From contig JAWKQM010000006.1 of assembly GCA_041390145.1 (NCBI GenBank), positions 103,585-167,584 of the forward strand: a stretch of DNA of 64,000 nucleotides, read 5' to 3'. Numbering within the stretch: position 1 is the first letter of the stretch; each line of letters starts with the position of its first letter. Position numbers and translations under genes: made by a program. The stretch comes from Gemmatimonadales bacterium. Lineage in GTDB: Bacteria > Gemmatimonadota > Gemmatimonadetes > Gemmatimonadales > GWC2-71-9. The notes under the pieces are model-generated. The model saw only the letters and a list, made by a program, of their open reading frames with translations. It was not told the DNA's origin and ran no database searches. Of the stretch, positions 59,948 through 64,000 are shown piece by piece.

Positions 59948-61049
59948 CCGGACGAGACTCCTCGTGGGGCTCGCTTGCGCTGTCTGGGTGTCCCTGGGTT
60001 GCGCCTCGACCCCTGTCATGAACTCGGTGCCGCTCGCGGGCGGCTGTGAACGCGCGATCTTCTACGGGCCCGCTCCGGTGCCGGCGGGGGGTGTGCAGTG
60101 GATCACCCCTGCCGAGGAGGGCGACCGCGACGACCTCGCACGGTGGTGCCGGACCGTCGGTCCGGCGCTGGTCGCCGCGCAGTCGGCCCGAGTCGAGTCG
60201 GCGCCGGTGCGGCAGTTTGCCGTCGTCTCGTGGAACCAGAATGTCGGGCGGGGTGACCTTCGACGGCTGGTGGCCGACCTGCAGGCGGGCGCACTGACCG
60301 GGGGCGAGCCCGTTCAGGAGTTCGTGATCCTCCTCCAGGAAGCCTATCGGGCCGGAGACGAAATCCCTGTCCGTCCTCCCGCCTCCGCACCGGTGCCGGC
60401 GGGTATTCGGGATCCCGATCCCGATGGTGCCCACCGCGAAGACATCCTGACCCTCGCCCGGTCGCTCGGCCTGGGGTTCTTCTACGCCCCCTCGATGCGG
60501 AACGGCCGGGAGGAGGTCGGGGAACCACGAGAAGATCGCGGCAACGCCATCCTCTCCACCATGCCGATGGAGGGATTTCGCGTGGTCACCCTCCCGCACG
60601 AACGGCAACGGCGTGCCGCCGTACTGGCCACGCTCCTCGTCCCGGGCCACGGGGAGTCGGAAGCACCGATCGCGCTCGCCAGTCTCCACCTGGACGTCTG
60701 GCCGGCGATTCTGCCGTCGCTCCTCGATCCCTCCCGGCGGAACCGGCAGGCAGGGGGTTTCCTGGCCGCCGGACCGGCGGCGGGCAGTCCCGTCATCCTC
60801 GGTGCCGATCTCAACGCGATTTCACCGGGCGATCCACAGGTAATGCTCTTCCGCGCGCGATGGCCAGAATGGGAGGAATCCGCCCCGTGCCACACGCGGG
60901 GTCCGTTCTGCACCGATTACCTCTTCACCGGTGACATGCAAGGGTGGGCGGTGTCGCCATATCGTGCGACCCCTGAGAGTTACGGCTCCGACCACCTGCC
61001 GCTGGTGACGGTGTTGACGAGAGTGGATGAGGTCGCTGAACGGCGTTGA
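59934..61049 (+). CDS. endonuclease/exonuclease/phosphatase (EEP) family lipoprotein
   Basis: GTG start. Lipobox SLGCAS. EEP-like elements: VVSWNQNVG, LLQEA, GADLNA, GSDHLPLV. Confidence 0.7.
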   Translation: MPNGSRTRLLVGLACAVWVSLGCASTPVMNSVPLAGGCERAIFYGPAPVPAGGVQWITPAEEGDRDDLARWCRTVGPALVAAQSARVESAPVRQFAVVSWNQNVGRGDLRRLVADLQAGALTGGEPVQEFVILLQEAYRAGDEIPVRPPASAPVPAGIRDPDPDGAHREDILTLARSLGLGFFYAPSMRNGREEVGEPREDRGNAILSTMPMEGFRVVTLPHERQRRAAVLATLLVPGHGESEAPIALASLHLDVWPAILPSLLDPSRRNRQAGGFLAAGPAAGSPVILGADLNAISPGDPQVMLFRARWPEWEESAPCHTRGPFCTDYLFTGDMQGWAVSPYRATPESYGSDHLPLVTVLTRVDEVAERR

Positions 61050-61150
61050 CCGTGCCAGTCCGGGCCCCTATTTTCGGGTATCGGCGCCGGCGGTGTTTGT
61101 GAAATTGATCCTGGTGCGCCGACGTGTTTCCGTGACAGGAGTGCCGATCC

Positions 61151-61783
61151 ATGCCTGCCAAATTCGTGTCGAACAAGGATGAGACGATTCCCCTGTTCGA
61201 GAATCCGATGCTTGAGCGTCTCACACACATTCACCCGGCGACCCCGGCCGTGCTGTTCCTCCCGATTGCGGGATGGTTCCTCTGGCAGGGTCTGCAGCTG
61301 GGCACGTGGCCCATGGTACTGGGCCTGGTCCTCGTTGGGCTGTTCATCTGGACGTTGACCGAGTACTCGCTGCATCGCTGGGTCTTTCACTACCAGCCCA
61401 AGAGCGGTATCGGCCAGAAGCTGCACTTCCTGATGCACGGGATTCACCACGACTACCCGCAGGATCACACCCGGCTCGTGATGCCGCCCCCGGTCAGCCT
61501 GCCGCTGGCGGCCCTCTTCGGGTTTGCGTTCCGCGGCATCTTCGGCGTGCAGTTCCCGGCCATCTTTGCCGGCTTCCTCGTCGGGTACGTCATCTACGAC
61601 ACCACGCACTACGCGACGCACCACTGGAAGATGAAGGGGCCGATCGGCAAGTATCTTCGGGAGTACCACCTCCGTCACCACTACCGCGACGACGACCTCG
61701 GCTACGGCGTCAGTTCCCCGATGTGGGACTACGTGTTCGGCACCGTGGCACGGCGGACCCGCACCGACCGCCAGGCCGCGTAA
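61151..61783 (+). CDS. fatty acid hydroxylase / sterol desaturase family membrane protein
   Basis: 210 aa. Histidine boxes HRWVFH, HGIHHDYP and HYATHH...HLRHHY. SD AGGAG lies upstream. Confidence 0.75.
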   Translation: MPAKFVSNKDETIPLFENPMLERLTHIHPATPAVLFLPIAGWFLWQGLQLGTWPMVLGLVLVGLFIWTLTEYSLHRWVFHYQPKSGIGQKLHFLMHGIHHDYPQDHTRLVMPPPVSLPLAALFGFAFRGIFGVQFPAIFAGFLVGYVIYDTTHYATHHWKMKGPIGKYLREYHLRHHYRDDDLGYGVSSPMWDYVFGTVARRTRTDRQAA

Positions 61784-61815
61784 GGGACGGAACGACAGAC
61801 ATACCCTGACGCACG

Positions 61816-61845
61816 GCGGGCCACCGAGATATCTCGGTGGCCCGC
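61816..61845. terminator. 30-nt perfect palindrome (GCGGGCCACCGAGAT|ATCTCGGTGGCCCGC): likely bidirectional terminator between convergent genes
   Basis: Read directly from the sequence. It lies between the stop at 61783 (+) and the prfC stop at 61869 (-). Confidence 0.6.
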
Positions 61846-61868
61846 TCGCCATTCGGCGCCTGTCCGGT

Positions 61869-63473
61869 CTAGGGCGCCACCTCGTGGAACTCAAGCTTTC
61901 GCTCGTTCTCCTGCGCCCACCGCAGTGCCCACTCGTTTTCGAACAGCAGCAGCGGGTGCCCCTTGGCGTCGTAGAGCCTGAGACGCCCGCGCGCCGAGGC
62001 CGCCTGTTCGATCGCCTCGGGCGTCCCGGTTACCCAGCGCGGGTACCGGTACCCCACCGGTTCGAATCGGCAGGGGGCGCCGTACTCGTTCTCGAGCCGG
62101 AACAGCATCACGTCGAACTGCAGTTGCCCGATCGCGCCCACAATCGGCGCGGGGCCGGTCTCGCTCTCCGCGTAGAAGACCTGCGCGGCGCCTTCCTCGG
62201 AGAGCTCGCGGAGGCCGGTGTCGAGCTGCTTGCGCCGCAGGGGGTCGGCCGGGTAGGCGCGGGCAAAGTGCTCCGGCGGGAAGCGCGGAATGTCGTGAAA
62301 CTCGAGGTCCGGGCCGGCGGAGAGTGTGTCGCCGATCCGGAGACTGCCGCGGTCCATGATGCCGATCACGTCGCCGGGCCAGGCCTCCTCGATGCTCACC
62401 CGCTCCCGCGCCATGAACTGCTGCGGCGCCGACAACCGCATCGCCTTCCCGGTGCGGATCTGCCGCACCTCCATCCCCGCCTCGAAGTGCCCCGAGCAGA
62501 TCCGCACGAAGGCGACCCGGTCCCGATGCCGCGGGTCCATGTTCGCCTGGATCTTGAAGACGAATCCGGTGAAGTCCGGGGAGAGCGGCGACACGGGACC
62601 GATCGAGGACTCCCGGGCAACCGGTGAGGGCGCCAGCGTCAGGAACTCGCGCAGGAAGGGCTCCACGCCGAAGTTGCTGAGCGCGCTGCCGAAGTAGACC
62701 GGCGACAGGGTGCCGGCCAGGAAGGCATCGCGGTCAAATGGATGCCCCGCGCCCTCGAGCAGGTGGAGTTCGTCGGACAACTGGGACACTGCCTCCGCCC
62801 CCAGCTCCCGGGCCAGGGCCGGGTCGGCAAGGGTGAACCGCTGGGTCTGCGAGCGGGAGGCGCCGTGGTCGGTGCGCCGGTCGAAGAGCAGCACTTCGTT
62901 GGCCGTCCGATCCACCACACCGACGAACCGGTCCCCCTGATAGACCGGCCAGGTGGCGGGCCAGCAGGCGATGTCCAGGTCGCGCTCGACGTCGCCGAGC
63001 AGGGTCATGGGGTCCACGCCAGCCCGGTCGCACTTGTTGACGAAGGTGACGATCGGCATCCGGCGTCGCTTGCAGACATCGAACAGCTGGCGGGTGCGCT
63101 CCTCGACACCCTTCCGGTTGTCGAGGAGCATGACGGCGCTGTCGGCGGCCACGAGGGTGCGGTAGGTGTCCTCGGAGAAGTCCTGGTGGCCGGGGGTGTC
63201 GAGCAGGTTCACCTGGCAGTCGGCGTACTCGAACTGGAGGACGCTGGAGGTGACCGAGATGCCTCGTTGGCGCTCCAGCTCCATCCAGTCGGAGGTGACG
63301 TGGCGGTCGGCACGCCGCGCCTTGACCGTCCCGGCCAGGTGAATGGCGCCGCCGTACAGCAGGAGCTTCTCTGTGAGGGTGGTCTTGCCGGCATCAGGAT
63401 GGCTGATGATGGCAAAAGTCCGGCGTCGCGCCACGGCGCGTTCGAGGTCGATTTCCCCTGATTCAGCCGCCAA
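61869..63473 (-). CDS. prfC: peptide chain release factor 3
   Basis: 534 aa translational GTPase. Motifs: FAIISHPDAGKTTLTEKLLLYGGAI, DTPGHQDF, NKCDR. Confidence 0.95.
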   Translation of the reverse strand: MAAESGEIDLERAVARRRTFAIISHPDAGKTTLTEKLLLYGGAIHLAGTVKARRADRHVTSDWMELERQRGISVTSSVLQFEYADCQVNLLDTPGHQDFSEDTYRTLVAADSAVMLLDNRKGVEERTRQLFDVCKRRRMPIVTFVNKCDRAGVDPMTLLGDVERDLDIACWPATWPVYQGDRFVGVVDRTANEVLLFDRRTDHGASRSQTQRFTLADPALARELGAEAVSQLSDELHLLEGAGHPFDRDAFLAGTLSPVYFGSALSNFGVEPFLREFLTLAPSPVARESSIGPVSPLSPDFTGFVFKIQANMDPRHRDRVAFVRICSGHFEAGMEVRQIRTGKAMRLSAPQQFMARERVSIEEAWPGDVIGIMDRGSLRIGDTLSAGPDLEFHDIPRFPPEHFARAYPADPLRRKQLDTGLRELSEEGAAQVFYAESETGPAPIVGAIGQLQFDVMLFRLENEYGAPCRFEPVGYRYPRWVTGTPEAIEQAASARGRLRLYDAKGHPLLLFENEWALRWAQENERKLEFHEVAP

Positions 63474-63572
63474 GGTACGCTCTCCGTCTGGGTCGATTCA
63501 GCCGGGGTCGCTTGGCGGCGGCGGCATCGTCCGTTATTTTGCGGCCGGCGACAGATGCGCGGTCGCCGATGA

Positions 63573-63659
63573 GGACAGGTGTCCGAGTGGCTGAAGGAGC
63601 CGGTCTCGAAAACCGGTGGGCCCGCAAGGGTCTCGTGGGTTCGAATCCCACCCTGTCCG
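63573..63659 (+). tRNA. tRNA-Ser (anticodon CGA), long variable arm, no encoded CCA
   Basis: Folded by hand. Acceptor GGACAGG/CCTGTCC; D-arm GTCCGAGTGGCTGAAGGAGC; anticodon stem CCGGT/ACCGG with loop CTCGAAA; variable arm GTGGGCCCGCAAGGGTCTC; T-arm GTGGG-TTCGAAT-CCCAC; discriminator G. Confidence 0.9.
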
Positions 63660-63744
63660 TTTCTATCGCTCCAACTCCCCAATCACAGCGGCGATCCAGT
63701 TCGTGGATTGACCTGCGACGCGCGGCGAAGCCGCGGCCCGGCTG

Positions 63745-63762
63745 GTGTCGCTGAAGCGACAC
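63745..63762. terminator. GC-rich hairpin GTGTCGC-TGAA-GCGACAC (preceded by CGCGGC-GAA-GCCGCG at 63721-63735)
   Basis: Read directly from the sequence. It sits between the tRNA-Ser 3' end and the stop of the convergent minus-strand ORF. No U-tract on either side. Confidence 0.35.
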
Positions 63763-63797
63763 GGCCAACCTGCCGCCGGGCCCCGGTGCCCCGCCGG

Positions 63798-64000
63798 CTA
63801 CTGGCTCAGGTTCTTCCGCAGGGTCCCCACGTCCAGCACCGGAATCCCGCCCTCGGTCGGCACCATGATCACCATGTTGCTCGACCCCTTCATGTCGTGC
63901 AGCACCTCCAGATACTGCTTGGTCAGCTGCTCCGGGGTGAGCGTCAGGTTCAGCAGCCGCTGCTGATCGCTCTGCAGCCGGGCCACTTCCACCCGGTGCT
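63798..64000 (-). CDS. C-terminal fragment of a possible SPFH/band-7 (prohibitin-like) protein (5' end outside window)
   Basis: The ORF is open to the window edge. The tail ...LTPEQLTKQYLEVLHDMKGSSNMVIMVPTEGGIPVLDVG resembles C-termini of SPFH-family proteins from memory only. Confidence 0.35.
   Translation of the reverse strand, partial: HRVEVARLQSDQQRLLNLTLTPEQLTKQYLEVLHDMKGSSNMVIMVPTEGGIPVLDVGTLRKNLSQ

Overview
This is a high-GC (roughly 70% by eye) bacterial chromosomal segment. About 60 tightly packed genes, nearly all housekeeping, lie on the + strand. Gene content and order look like a Gemmatimonadota-like, FCB-related Gram-negative, but that attribution is only my pattern recognition. 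All product calls come from reading motifs in the supplied translations; no database search was possible.

Gene content, in order:
- End of the dcw cluster (murF partial, mraY, murD, ftsW, murG, murC, ftsQ, ftsA, ftsZ), followed by a coupled M23 peptidase.
- A vWA-like membrane protein, ftsY, recG, asnS, mazG (-), alr, a DUF1844-like ORF, deoB and cdd.
- A lipoprotein plus outer-membrane barrel pair, miaB, comFB-comEC, fbp and a methylmalonyl-CoA-mutase-like catalytic subunit.
- An FmdB zinc-ribbon protein coupled to argS, a PfkB kinase, purM, and ribD-ribE-ribBA-ribH-nusB.
- An interrupted GT4 glycosyltransferase.
- hpf-hprK, a complete mannose-family PTS (IIA, IIB, IIC, IID), ptsH and ptsI.
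- metK, a DUF151 nuclease and an anchored secreted protein.
- A cobalamin riboswitch driving btuF/C/D-like genes, a TonB-dependent receptor and a beta-propeller lipoprotein.
- recO-selB, a tiny secreted protein made only of a sorting-domain-like module, clpB, tadA, an EEP-family lipoprotein and a fatty-acid-hydroxylase-family protein.
- prfC (-), tRNA-Ser(CGA) and a partial SPFH-like ORF (-).

I saw no CRISPR array, transposase, integrase, prophage or recognisable defence island.

Best leads:
1. The riboswitch-controlled B12 locus, whose last gene is a beta-propeller lipoprotein and could be a BtuG-like capture factor.
2. The comFB-comEC pairing.
3. The hpf-hprK-PTS-HPr-EI block.
4. The lipoprotein/OM-barrel pair.
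5. Frame disruptions in three conserved genes (ftsY, GT4, PTS IIC), two of them at homopolymers. These point to assembly indels rather than biology and should be resolved before any pseudogene claim.
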